Origin: Catajapyx aquilonaris
Lineage: Eukaryota
Assembly: GCA_000934665.2 (NCBI GenBank)
Contig: JYFJ02001825.1
Span: 48,693-68,692 of the forward strand
Direction of reading: 5' to 3'
Length of the DNA stretch: 20,000 nucleotides
The notes under the pieces were generated by a model, which was given only the letters and a program-made list of their open reading frames with translations, had not been told where the DNA came from and searched no databases. This document shows positions 8,482-20,000 of the stretch, piece after piece (within the stretch, counting starts at the first letter, position 1; each line of letters opens with the position of its first letter). The translations under genes were made by a program, and so were the position numbers.

Positions 8482-10738
8482 ATGGCAGTAAGTTTTTTTT
8501 GGACAAAATCCTGGTTATTTTTAACAGGCATGAGAGATTCCCAATGTAGGACAGAGTCAGGAGGTTGAAACGAATTATGGACATATCGGGAACATACCTC
8601 CATGCTTGTCAAAGAAGTAGTTTACATCTGCCGACATTGTGGATGTCATCCGCATGATAACTAAATGCCATTATTTTCAGGTGCACGTAATGGAGCCCCA
8701 AATGGAACTGCTGTTGAGGACTATGGAGAAGATGAAATGCGGATCGACTGTAGAGGACTGGCAGGAGTTGTCTTCCACTGTGAGCGAATTGGCCGAATCT
8801 GCTCTGCTCCCAGAACTGGAGCCACCTGAAAACCGGGTGTATGAGCGGTCATACTTTGAGCAGGTTGCTGAGGTGTCGGCCGCTGTCCTGAAGAATGCGG
8901 GACAGTTGCTGAAGGTTATGTCGGACACAGGGCAGCAGAGGGGCTGCATCAGCAAAGACGCGGTTGTCAGACTGCTCCTGCTTTGCGGTGAACATTCCAG
9001 ACCGAACCTGTGGGTTACGGATAAATCCATGGCTTTGAGTGGTGGCACTGGGGATAGTCTGTGCCACCTCTACGGTCACGGGAGCCTGACTGTGTTGGTA
9101 GCAGAGCATGAGGACATTTTGAAGAAACTGCTGAAGATGCTGCAACATAAGCTCAAGAAGGGTGCATGGAAGAAATATCCAGGAGCTACTGCTGCATACC
9201 AATTCCTGCTCTTCAAAGTTAAGGTTAATTACTTCATTATTGGCTGTAATGACGCCTTATTACATTAAACTGTCCCTGTTGTAGAGGGCTATCATTACTA
9301 AGAATAGATGTCATGTTACACACGATGTTACAAAGCTCTAATGAGCAGCTAACGTACATGCCTTGCAATGAACTTCCAGCACCCACAATTGAGTGACCAT
9401 TTGGATAACTTCCTGCCCATGACCCTTTTGATGATGGATGACTTCCAGACAGCAAACAGAGTTGCTGGACTCACATGCTTGCAACATATTATGACAAATG
9501 TGGTGAGTAGTACAGTGCTGGAATTTAATGGGTTACCCACAGGTGTCGGCCCATGGATTTTGACGTTAATATGACATGATGTAGCACTGACATCTTGCTA
9601 GATGTGAGACTGTGATTATATTTGTTTCCAGACAAGAACTGAGCTCAAGTGGTATGGACGAGCAGAAGTGATATATGCAGCCCTTGAGAACATGGTCTAT
9701 GTGCATGAGGCAGAAATGATTAAGGCTGTCCATCCTTGCATCATTATCGTTCTGAAGACATTGGAAAGCGACCCAAAAGATGCAGACAGCATGAGGAGTG
9801 TGAGTAGCTGTTCTTGCCTGTTCATAAATACTTGGAAATGACCTAACGCATAAGCATATATTCTCGCAAATGTGTTTTCTCTCTCTTCATCACGGGTGGT
9901 TTTTCATCCTTCTTCAAAAAGCTATCTGCAACAATTAATTTGTGCTCCTGCTGATATGGGAATAAAAACCTCCTGCCCAATTTACTTTACTGCTTTCTTT
10001 AATTACCTGGAATTACTGGCTTACCATGACTTCTATGAAGCTGAGCTCATTAAAATATCATGTTACAATTATGGTTTCATATCTGAATAGTAATTTTGAT
10101 GTGCTTTTTGCTTTAAAAGACAATAACTTCAAAGTGTCGTTAAGAGCATGTCTTCAGAGTTCCAGGTATGACAAGATCCTTGGAATAGTCCTGCACCAGA
10201 TGGAAATGGAAGACAAGTTAGCTGAAAGGCGGGAGTACATCAGATGTCTCCTGAGGTATGCGGAGGAGATGGGTGTGTGCATGTGCAGGTGGATGGACAC
10301 TGCACTCAGAGTGATCAAAAACTATGCGGAGGTGCCAGATCCACCGTTGGAAGCGACCAGGATATATACATTAAAGGTGAGGGGGACACATCTAAAAGCA
10401 GAAAGGAAATCTCTAGTTTACTATTCACCACTGCTTTATCACATTTTAATTTGCAGGTGGCTAAGACACTGATGCAATGGACGTGGCCTGTAATCGGCCA
10501 CTACGTCTCCATCCTTCTGGAATCCCTACTGAAAATACTGTATGATGTCACTCATGATGTGGACAGATTGGAATCAAGTGTTCGAGAAGAGTTACGGGAA
10601 GAAACCATTGAATGCCTACTAGTGCTGAAGGAAGCAGCCCCTAGTGAAGTTATGCAATTAGTTCAGGACTTGGACTGGAAGGAGATTAGTGATTTGGATT
10701 TGTCATTTTTAAGTCAAGGTGAACCAGTTCAGCAATAA
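8482..10738 (+). CDS. TTI2: TELO2-interacting protein 2 (TTT complex subunit), 446 aa. Coding exons 8482-8487, 8681-9223, 9380-9502, 9632-9799, 10158-10376, 10457-10738
   Basis: KLKKGAWKKYP, HPQLSDHLDNFLPMTLLMMDDFQTANRVAGLTCLQHIMTNV, ELKWYGRAEVIYAAL, YDKILGIVLHQMEMEDK, TWPVIGHY...LLKILYDV match the Tti2 family pattern as I recall it from metazoan TTI2. All five introns GT-AG, phase 0. The 6-nt first coding exon (ATGGCA|GTAAGT) is inferred; an alternative start is the ATG at 8690. Confidence 0.9.
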
Positions 10739-13700
10739 AGTTCATGGTAAAAACTAGTTGAATGAGGGTTGAATGAAACCGAATGGGCAACATAGGAGTT
10801 TTTACCAGCACTGTACCTGTTTAAAAGTGTGTGAAGGGCCTGCATGTCGTTGAATCACGTGTTGACCAATTGAGAACAACATTTCTGGATTAAGAGACAC
10901 TGCATTTGATCAGAACACGAAGTAATGTTGGCTTCATCTTCATGCTATGGGTAGCTACAATGCACTGACATACCAGCAATGAATGCAGCCACATTCATTA
11001 TGAGAAAAAATAATTCACAGTGGAAACTCCCTGGCAGGTCGCCAACACTTATACATGTGCAATTCCTGCCGTAGGTGTTGCAGAAGAATTAAACCAACCA
11101 GGATTTGCTTTTTTAAATATTTAATGCTAATCACCAGGACAACTTCAGAAAAAAAGTTCCACAACTTCTACATAATCACTTTCACCATCACTGCCTTTCA
11201 AAAAACATCCGAAAAGTAGTCCAAATGTCCATGAGCACAGTAAAAAACTATACCACTCTTTCACTCCATTGACTACACAAATGCACACCATTAAAAAAAA
11301 CTTTGAGCTCATCAAAAAGGTAGAAAAAATATTCCCCCTGAAATTGCCCAAAAATTCATTTTGACGTGTGACCTCACGTGCATTCAAAAGTCTTGGTTTT
11401 CCGAAAGCTATCTATTTTACACAATTTTTGTGTTCTTAATTTAAATAAAACGCACCATGTAATATGCATATGGTGGTCCAAGATGCAATTCACTATTATA
11501 CACAAGAGTAATCAGCAAAAATTCTTGACACCCTATATTGACATTCACAGGTTCATGCACACATTTGATATGCTTCAATGCATGTCCACACACATGCAAG
11601 TGTGCTTACAAGGGCGTTGCATAATTAAATTCCTTTTGGACAGCTGATTAATCAACACATTCAACTAATCGTTCGGACTACTACTCTCCTTCAATACACT
11701 GGGTGTTCCAGAAGTAAATCGATGGTTTAGAAATGACTTCACAGCCTTTCTGGTACTTATGACACATCAAGATGTTGGAAAGCGTCTTCTGCTCCGTCAC
11801 TGAAAGGCGACTTGGAAGATGAAGGGAACTATAATGTGTCATAGATGCATAATTAAATAATATTAAGCAGAATAAGTTAAAATGTGCAGTATGTATGAGG
11901 GCATTAGTAAACATTCAATCTCCAGTTTCAATGCAAATTTAAACTAAGCGGTGAAAATAAATTCCTAACATCCATAATTTGTACTTGAACAGACCATGAC
12001 AATGAAAACAGGCAGTGATTAATTCAAATAAAACTCAATTAGCATCCCATACTGTACTGCGAACATGTATAAGCCCCTGGTAAAATTGCATTACATCACC
12101 TGTCTATATCCGCCTTCAGGAGAAATGAGTGACAAAACAGGCATGACAAGGAGGCAAGGTGACCAAGGCAGAACTGGACAGGCTCAATGTCGTAAAGCGC
12201 AGAGGCCACACTACATGTTGGTCACACAGAGGTCAAATCCTTGTAACGTATGGTTTAACACTGGGCTACTCAACTGGCGGACCAAATTCTGGGTAAGGCT
12301 GTCAGATGTTTATATCACACTTCTACTGTTATAGCAAGATGATTACCAACTCAAACATGAAATATGAGTAAAATCCTATCCTTTTTGTACACTGTGGTTT
12401 TTAAATGTCATTATTGACTATCCCTTATTAAGGAAATTGTGATGTTATAAGTGAGGATAAGGCAAAGGGACGGTAAACGTAAACTGCATTTCAAAAAGCA
12501 AGACAACTTCTTGGGGGGGGAAATAAAAAAATAAAAAAATCTTGGCATCAATTCATATTTACAATAGAAAAATATACTCAAGGCATATAACTTGCGTGTG
12601 ATTCTCCTTCCAAATAGCAACAAAGTGGGACCAGCAACTTTCATAGCATCACGGGGAATTGCAAGTACAAGAGACTGGAAAGCATTCTCTTATATATCGA
12701 AAGAAAGTTGCAAGCATGATACAGCTTCCCTCCTATCTTGCTCATCAAGTTCAATATCAGAGCAAAACTTGAAGAAAGAGGTCAAGATGCCCAATGTGTT
12801 GATGATAAAGGGCAGGTTTGTCGTCCTCCTGTTACGTCTCTGCCCGGAGAGAGGGTCTGCTATTGAGGATCAGCTCATAAGCTTTCTCATGGGTTACCCA
12901 TTGTTACTGCAGTAGTTGCTTTCAGGTACTGCTACCTTTACCAAAAAGACAAAAAAGCCATCCCCAAGTGGTTGGGATGCATCACAGACAGAGAAAATAA
13001 ATATTTGAGCAAAACACTTACACATAAAACTGATGCAAAATCATTATTACTGGTTTCACCAGTTACAACAACTGAAAAGAGCTGGTAATTTAAAAACTCA
13101 ACTGTAATTCGGCTGTGCCAGTAATTAACAAATCCTTCCTCGTAATAAGCACAACACAATCCATTTCATACAAATAAATTATGATTCATGTAATAAATAA
13201 TACTTTGCGGAAATATATATTAGTTTGGGCATAACCATGGTAAACTACTGTTTCACCCATCACATGGGAAATTGCAATAAGTTACTTCGGCAATAATCAA
13301 ACTTCAAATGCAAATCTCAGATTGACAGCCCATAGGTAGAACTGCATCATGATTGGAACTCAGGCAAAGAAATGCCAAATTTCAATGTTTTTTTTCTTCT
13401 ACATAAATAGACTAATGCCAAGAAATTTTGCTAAATTTAAATGAGTGACGAATATAATTACACTGCATATTTGTCAACACTCTAATTGGAAACATTCTTT
13501 TTCTTTTAAAGCACGAGCTGAGTGCTTGCTCAGTGTATGTTTTCAAAAAGTCCCTTAACTTCTAAAGACTGGTTTGCACAACTGATAATAAATAAAGACC
13601 AACTTTGTGTTTGAAGTGCTCGAGGCACAGATTTTATCGAAAAACTAACCTGCATGCAAATAATTTTATAGTTCATAACTTACATTAAATTAAATAACAA

Positions 13701-14533
13701 ATAGTTTATACTACAGTGTCAATCACAAAAACAGGCCTTAAGCCAATCATACAATCAATCTAATTTCCAGCAAGAAAAAAACTGCACTGTAAGACTCCAC
13801 TGGGTGAATAATAAGCTTTAAATTAAGTTAAATAAATAATACAGGAGGAAAGCAATCACAACTGTCGGCATCGTGAAAGGGAATTATATGTCAGGAAAAT
13901 GATGAGATGAGCAGGAATTATATCTAGACATGACATCACAAGACCTCCAGAAACAAACTGCACTACACCAAGTGACATGATTTCCTGGCAATTGTTACAA
14001 CAATATGAGCTTTTCACTTGATACCAAAAGAAGCTCAATGTAAACCAAATAAGGTTAGAAATTATCTCTTACAACATATTATGGCCCACTAAATACATTC
14101 TTTGTGTGCATCCTTCAACGTTCCTTTTAGGAGGGGGAAAAAAATGAGTCCAGGAAATCATCCCACTGTGTATAGCACCATTTGCTTCCAGGCACCATTC
14201 ACTTGAATAGACGTTCAAGTTAGGTTTCTGTCAGGCACAACCTTCAACAAGACCCAGAAAATCAGATATCTTAGACATATGAATAATATCTAGCTTTAGA
14301 TATCTTTGATTTTCAAGATTCAAATCCTTCAGTGTGTAAAGCTAGCAAAAGCCATTCTGAACAGTTTTTACTCTTTACTTCTGGAACATCCATCCCCAAC
14401 CGACCTTCTACACATCCACGACCCCAATTCCACCAAGAATCCCATTCTTTTACATTAAGAGGTGTGCGAAAAAAATTCCACTCATTATTTGAGTCCCCAC
14501 TGATTGACACTTTAAAAAAAAAGCACACTAAAT

Positions 14534-15944
14534 TCACAATCGTCTCTTCCCTTGCTTCTTCCCTTGCTTCATGATTTCCACCCCATCGACACTACTGCTC
14601 CCACTGCCCCTCCGCATATGAACTTTCATATGGATCTTGACCCGGCTCTTGACGCTGAACCTCTTCCCACACAGCTCACATGGGAAGGGCTTCTCTCCAG
14701 TGTGTGTGCGCACATGATTCTTCAGCTTCTCCTTCTCTCGGAACCCCTTCTGGCAGTAGGTGCACACGTGGGGTTTCTCCCCCGTATGGATCATCAAATG
14801 CCTTTGCATATTGTTGCGACTGCTGAAGGTCTTGCCACAAACCTCACAGTCGCAGCTCACCTTCTCTGATGACTGGGTGGGCTTAGCCTTCACTGATTTT
14901 ACTTTTGGAGTGGGCACCTTCTTCTTCTTCTTGGGCTCAGGAGACGCTTTGCTCGGTTGCTTCAACTGAAAAACACAGATGTTATTCTCTACCTGTCAAG
15001 TAGATCTACTTCATAACACATAGAGTAGCATCATTATGTCGAAGGTTTCTTGATATTAAAAGTAGTCTTATCACTTCCAGAAACCCCTGTAATGTTCCTA
15101 TTACTACATAACTAAAAAGTGACATTATTTCTTGGGAATCCTTGGGAACACCCGAGGTTCCCTTCCCCTGAAAGAGCTTCCTTCATAAAGTGACATGTCA
15201 CGAATATATTGACAACTAATCAGTGCCTGGAGCTGCAGAATAACACTGCATGCAGTGGGTATACCAATGCCATGACACCACACTGCACTCACCTTAACTT
15301 TGACGGCATCAGATTGTACCTCCCCCTCCAACTGCTGACAGTGATCATCATCCCATCTGCCTACAGTTGAGTCACACATCCCAATGACCTCATAGTCCCC
15401 ACAATGGTTCCCAAGCAGGTAGTGATCCTGATCGAGAAAGGGTGCAGACGAGAAATGCAGATCCTCTCCTGCACCACTTATGCAGGCCTCTGATGACGGA
15501 GGAGTTGACAAGAGGAGATCTTCCAGCTCCCACAACCGGGGAGTTTCTTCTTTAACTGGACGTAGCCAGTCTTCCGCCATATGTCCTGAGTGAGAATCCC
15601 TCATTGGCGATACCTCGTCTCCTTCCAGTGAGGAACCGACTAAGGGTGATGCACCTCCCAGTGGGGATATGTCATTGCAATATATGGCTGAGTCGTCGTC
15701 GTCGTCATCTTCAAGTCTCATTAGGACTTCTTCACTGTTCATCTCCACTGAAAAATCACCACATGTACTTTTGAATTCTAATAATGTAGCAGCACTCAAA
15801 TGTGAATAAGATTTCAGAGTTTCACCATCTGCATCAGGTTATGAAGACCTTTGTTGACTAAATTGCAATGCCCGAGGTTATCACACAGACTCAGGTTCAG
15901 GTTCAGGTAAAAACATACCTACCACGACTTATGAAACAATCCAT
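14534..15944 (-). CDS. C2H2 zinc-finger protein, ~329 aa: acidic N-terminal region, NLS-like PKKKKK, three C-terminal fingers. Exons 15944-15923, 15828-15293, 14965-14534
   Basis: Three C-x2-C-x12-H-x3-H fingers joined by TGEKP linkers; donor AAG|GTGAGT (15293) and acceptor TTTTTCAG| (14965), phase 0; upstream mini-exon ATGGATTGTTTCATAAGTCGTG|GTAGGT in phase 1 with an in-frame TAG just before the ATG. The 5' end is less certain than the finger exon. Confidence 0.85.
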
Positions 15945-16799
15945 CTACTACTGCTCCTAGCCTCAGACGAACAACAGTAGTGATAGCTCAAGTGATTACT
16001 TGAGATTATGTCATACAATAAAACAAGGAAGAATAATTATGTTAGAACATTCTGATTGCACCTTTACTCACGAGAATAACATCACCAGATAATAGATAAT
16101 TACCACATCTCATTAGGAATCTTGCTTTTCCAGCTAACACTTCCCTATATTGGTGAAATTTAAATGCACGGCTGCTCTGAGGCTACAGTCATATTAATGT
16201 CATTTCATATTAAATTACAGAATGACTACTTGGTAAAAGTGTGATAAATACATGGTGAAAATATCTTTCATAGCCTGGTTATGTCACATTCTCAGAAAGC
16301 TGATGATTCGAAGATGACATGCATGAGCATCATTCATTGTTATCCATAAGGATTATTTACGCACAAAAGGCTAGGTCAACATTGAATGACCTTGAATGTA
16401 CATTGCTTCAGCCAAAAATCACAGATTACATTTTAACAGTCAAAATCACTATTCTTCTGTCCAAAGCTATCCTCTGTCCTTGCCCTATCCCATCACTCCT
16501 GCTTTTCTCTCTAGTTTGGCTTAGGATGAGCCTGGCATGGACTACACCATTTCAAGAAGCCGGTATGGTGGCACACTTTCAAAATCTATTGTCACTGCCT
16601 ATGAATCATGCCCGGAAACTCGTTCATAATTAAACATTTTCATAAAACTAAGCATTTCTGCCACAGGCAGGTTACACTGCATAAATTTTTATAACTTTAC
16701 ACCACATGGACATAAAACTTCAATATGCAACTGGTTTATTAGTCTTGGAGGAAGTCGTAAATAGCAGGGAAGCATGAAAACTAATTTGGATTATAAGTT

Positions 16800-17045
16800 T
16801 GTGTTTTTTACATTGGATAAAGCTGAGGAAACAAAGGCAATGTGATATGGGGAGGGATAAGTGGGAAAGGAACGATTTTTGGGGTCAGAAGAAATGGATT
16901 CCCCTGGTCCCTAAGGAAGCCCACAAAAACAATTCGAGAACCCATGAAAACAAATTCCACACGAGTAAATCCTGCACCTGATCTCGAGTGAACTCAGGAC
17001 CTCTGAGACAGTAGGGCTGACATTAACCACTACTACCATGATGTA
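16800..17045 (-). mobile_element. Decayed tRNA-derived SINE-like sequence (3' boundary approximate)
   Basis: Minus strand TGGTAGTAGTGGTTAA (A-box like), then GAGGTCCTGAGTTCACTC (degenerate B-box) at tRNA-like spacing, then a unique body ending in an A-rich stretch; no intact cloverleaf. Confidence 0.45.
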
Positions 17046-17153
17046 CCCGAACACCATGAGGTGGTTAGGGAAGGAGACAAAGGGAAGCAGAGGTATCTTG
17101 CAGGATGGGAAACTGCAGAGGGACTGCCTAAACCCAAAAAATAACCTAGCCAG

Positions 17154-17306
17154 AGGAGGGTGGATTCATAGAATGTCCCAAGTCAAATTTTCGTCGTAAC
17201 CCTTTGTAACCTTAGTTACGAACTAGCCACCGCCCAGTTTGTAACTACGGTTACGACAGGTTACGCCGAAAATTTGACTTATGATGACACTTGATGAATC
17301 CACTCC
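17154..17306. mobile_element. ~150-bp fold-back MITE, possibly PIF/Harbinger-type
   Basis: Nearly the whole element is an inverted repeat: GTGGATTCAT..AAGTCAAATTTTCGTCGTAACC..GTAACCTTAGTTACGAACT / AGTTTGTAACTACGGTTAC..GGTTACGCCGAAAATTTGACTT..ATGAATCCAC; CAG flanks both sides (17151-17153, 17307-17309), a possible 3-bp TSD. Superfamily is inferred. Confidence 0.75.
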
Positions 17307-17309
17307 CAG

Positions 17310-17486
17310 GATTGTTGTTGTTTCACTTAAATCAGCTATCACCACTATCACTGCTCCTACGTAGTATCTAACAGACTTGCCTGTGTATTTCACTAAAACC
17401 CAGTTACCACTTCTAATCTGTGAAAAATCCTTTCCTGAATCACATTCACTGGAAATGGGCGAGACATTCATGCCATAATCACTACT
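17310..17486 (-). pseudogene. Possible relic of a DNA-transposon ORF C-terminus
   Basis: Translation IRSGNWVLVKYTGKSVRYYVGAVIVV resembles the G-x-W-V-L-V-K-[YF]...Y-[YF]-V-G beta-rich motif I recall from C-termini of insect transposon proteins; bracketed by two MITE insertions, with an in-frame stop upstream once the hAT element is removed. Confidence 0.35.
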
Positions 17487-17494
17487 GCTTAGAG

Positions 17495-18012
17495 CAGGGA
17501 TATTCAACTGGCGGACCGCGGTCCGGATCCGGACCGCGACGCAATTTTGTCCGGACCGCGACAGTATACAGGACAGTTTGAAATAGCATGATAAATTACT
17601 AATTTATATATTTTTTTTGAATAAGTGCTACCAATTTCATCAAATACACACCTATTCAAATCTCCCACATCTCACCTAAGCTCGTGTGACCTTGAACCCC
17701 AAAAAATTCTGCCTGCAGCGGGCTCGTTCCCCGCCCTTTACAGCTTGTTCACCTTGTGCTTACGAAATGGGCCCCCCTCCGAAATTCTTCTGCCTACGCC
17801 CCTGTACAATCCGGACATCATAAAGGGTGAAAAATGTCTCAATATGTCCTGTCTCAGTGATAGGCCATTCTACCCTTGCTGCACATGTTTATATTTTCGA
17901 ATATGAACGATGTGGTACATCTACGTATATATAGATTTTATATGGCCCGGACCTTCAATGGCCCAGGAAAGGTAAATACTGGACCTTGTCAGAAACTAGT
18001 TGAATACCCCTG
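17495..18012. mobile_element. Non-autonomous hAT-superfamily element (518 bp) with perfect 8-bp TSD
   Basis: TIRs CAGGGATATTCAACT / AGTTGAATACCCCTG (14/15 match); TSD GCTTAGAG at 17487-17494 and 18013-18020; subterminal GGACC repeats at both ends; no transposase. Confidence 0.93.
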
Positions 18013-20000
18013 GCTTAGAGCCTTAGACCCTCAGCCTCCTTCTTTATGTAAATCCTGATCACATTGGCTATGCTTCTATAGCCGCAAAATATTCTGCCAC
18101 AATCTACCTGCAAAACAACAAGTGCAATAACTATGTCCAGAGAATATATACTTCAAAACTATACTGAATCCAACTGTTTTGTTCAAGATTGTTAGAATGG
18201 CTCCATTTTGAAATGGTTTTTGAATGAAAGGGATATCAAAAATCTAGTTTTACAGTGCCAGTCACAAGTATGACTGGTGACACCATCAGTTTTCATCTTC
18301 ATTAGCAATATACAAGGTCTTCATGAGAATTTGAAGAGGGAATGGGAGAGATGGTGTATTTCAGTGGTTCATTTGTACACGCCAGTAAAATAAGCACTAC
18401 CCAAGACCAGTCATTTGTAAGACAGGTTGCTCAAATCCTTCCCGATAATTCTGTAATGTCACAAATGAAATATGGCGACCCCATTGTTTAGAAGTAGAAA
18501 GGAATGGGAATTCCTAAGGTACCTGCCACACATCTAAGTTGAGAACATTTTGACCTCTTTCCAAACCAAAAACAGCCCACATGACCCGGCATTTCAGAAC
18601 CTGCCTGAACTGTATCAGACTTCAACGTGGGTGTGGGCTGATACTGATCACCATAAAATGGCTGTCACTGCAGCATAACGTAAGAGAATGAACATAGCGA
18701 CACTGAAGGTATTCAGTGGGATCATTACTATGCACATTTCAAAGCCCTTTGTGACATCATACATGTGCAACTTGCCATTTAAGGTCAGCATGCCTTGGGA
18801 AATCCTTTCCCCCCTTTGTTTCCAGGTCCAACACATGGTGTGAAGTGCCATCTACCCACGCAACACAATAGTACATATCTGTCGTTAAAACAATCCGACA
18901 ATTTTACCATCGCACATGTTCACATTTTCAATAAAAAAAGCTGGTACCATAACACTAGTTTCAATCCTTCAAATCGCAGGTGCATGTGTAACACTGCGTG
19001 TTTCAATATTAAAGACATTTCTGAGAGAAAACCTACTGGTATGCCACCAAACTAAATTCAAGGACACGAAGTTCTCTTTGTAAGCAGAGATTACTTGCAG
19101 TTGATCTGCTCAAAGGAGAGCCATGTTATGAGGCACACACTAAAACCGAGGTGCAATCATGTGGCCCTCAAGCCCTCACTTGGCACCACAACTCGTACGG
19201 TCACATGCCTTTAGCCTAGGCTACAAGCCAATCTACGTTATTGTTATCACCAATTCCATGTGAAGTTTAGTTGTCCCTACGAAAGTAGCACAGTGTTATG
19301 GTCCTCCAATGTGAAACATTAGCCTAAAACGACCAAACAAAAGGAAAAAATGTGAACCAATTGATTTCATGATGGAACATTTCCCTGTGAACTTAAAAAG
19401 GACCCAAGCATCGCATGCCTAATCCATGAAATCACAATTTCTATTATGAAAATAAAGCAACAACTCATTTGTACGACACTGCACTTGCATCTGGTGGCTA
19501 GTGTCCAATTTTCCTTTGTTTGATATTCTACCCACAAATCGGTGAGTAATGCTACAAACTGCCCCTAGCACAATTTACATTCCCGCTTTGCCTAAATTGA
19601 CTGTTTTCTACGTACCGGTACACCAACATTTCGCAGCGATCACGCTCCTTGCAATGCCATTTTTTAAACCCATGTATATGAACAATACACATGAATTTTC
19701 TAGCTGAAAGTTGCATGCCCCACATCCTGACCTAGATTATATGCAAAATAATGCTTTTTCTCTCTCTCAAATTAAAAAATCCTGAAATGCTTCACTGTCC
19801 ACAGCCAAACAACAACAACAAGAAAAGTCCCAACAGCACAATGGCTACCTGGTGGAACCAAGGCCTAACCATAGAATCCCCCGAATAAAATCCGCTGCTG
19901 GCCACCCTAGGGGCCCCTACCACCACCGGACGTCACCAAAGGACAATGAAATCACGAGGCCCCCTTTTGTTTGGGTCCAAAGTTCAGGCCCCAGGGGCAG

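Noticed and set aside
8677..9202. Minus-strand ORFs of 123 and 117 aa (likewise 903-1133, 4424-4729, 5725-5997, 14552-14869)
   Set aside because: Antisense shadows of real coding exons with no independent motifs.
12592..12915. 107-aa plus-strand ORF
   Set aside because: Non-ATG start, no recognisable domain, no supporting splice structure.
16967..17045. Functional tRNA gene
   Set aside because: B-box degenerate and stems do not form a cloverleaf; better explained as a SINE head.
19880..20000. GC-rich block with GGGGCCCC motifs and a TIR-like CAGCGGATTTT
   Set aside because: May be a transposon end or promoter, but it is cut by the window edge and no TIR pair or TSD can be shown.

Overview
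Eukaryotic, intron-containing, AT-rich genomic DNA, probably from an arthropod/insect (inferred from gene style; not verifiable here). Four protein-coding genes can be rebuilt exon by exon with GT-AG introns and consistent phases: deoxyhypusine synthase (DHPS, minus, 3' end runs off the left edge), COX11 (minus, 251 aa), TTI2 (plus, 446 aa, head-to-head with COX11 across ~110 bp) and a three-finger C2H2 zinc-finger gene (minus, ~329 aa). Mobile DNA: two inverted copies of a TA-flanked pogo/Tigger-like MITE, an intact hAT MITE with a perfect 8-bp TSD, a ~150-bp fold-back element, a decayed tRNA-like SINE and relic fragments. The best unexplained signal is a hidden two-exon, polyadenylated minus-strand unit inside a COX11 intron, encoding a basic/aromatic 44-aa segment in frame with both COX11 upstream exons (short COX11 isoform, or a separate microprotein sharing the first exon). 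Also notable are uORF-rich leaders on DHPS (two 11-aa uORFs, a splice-created AUG) and COX11 (a non-AUG frame containing PPWxxPS), and a candidate divergent spliced transcript from the DHPS promoter. All splice models are read by eye and need RNA evidence.
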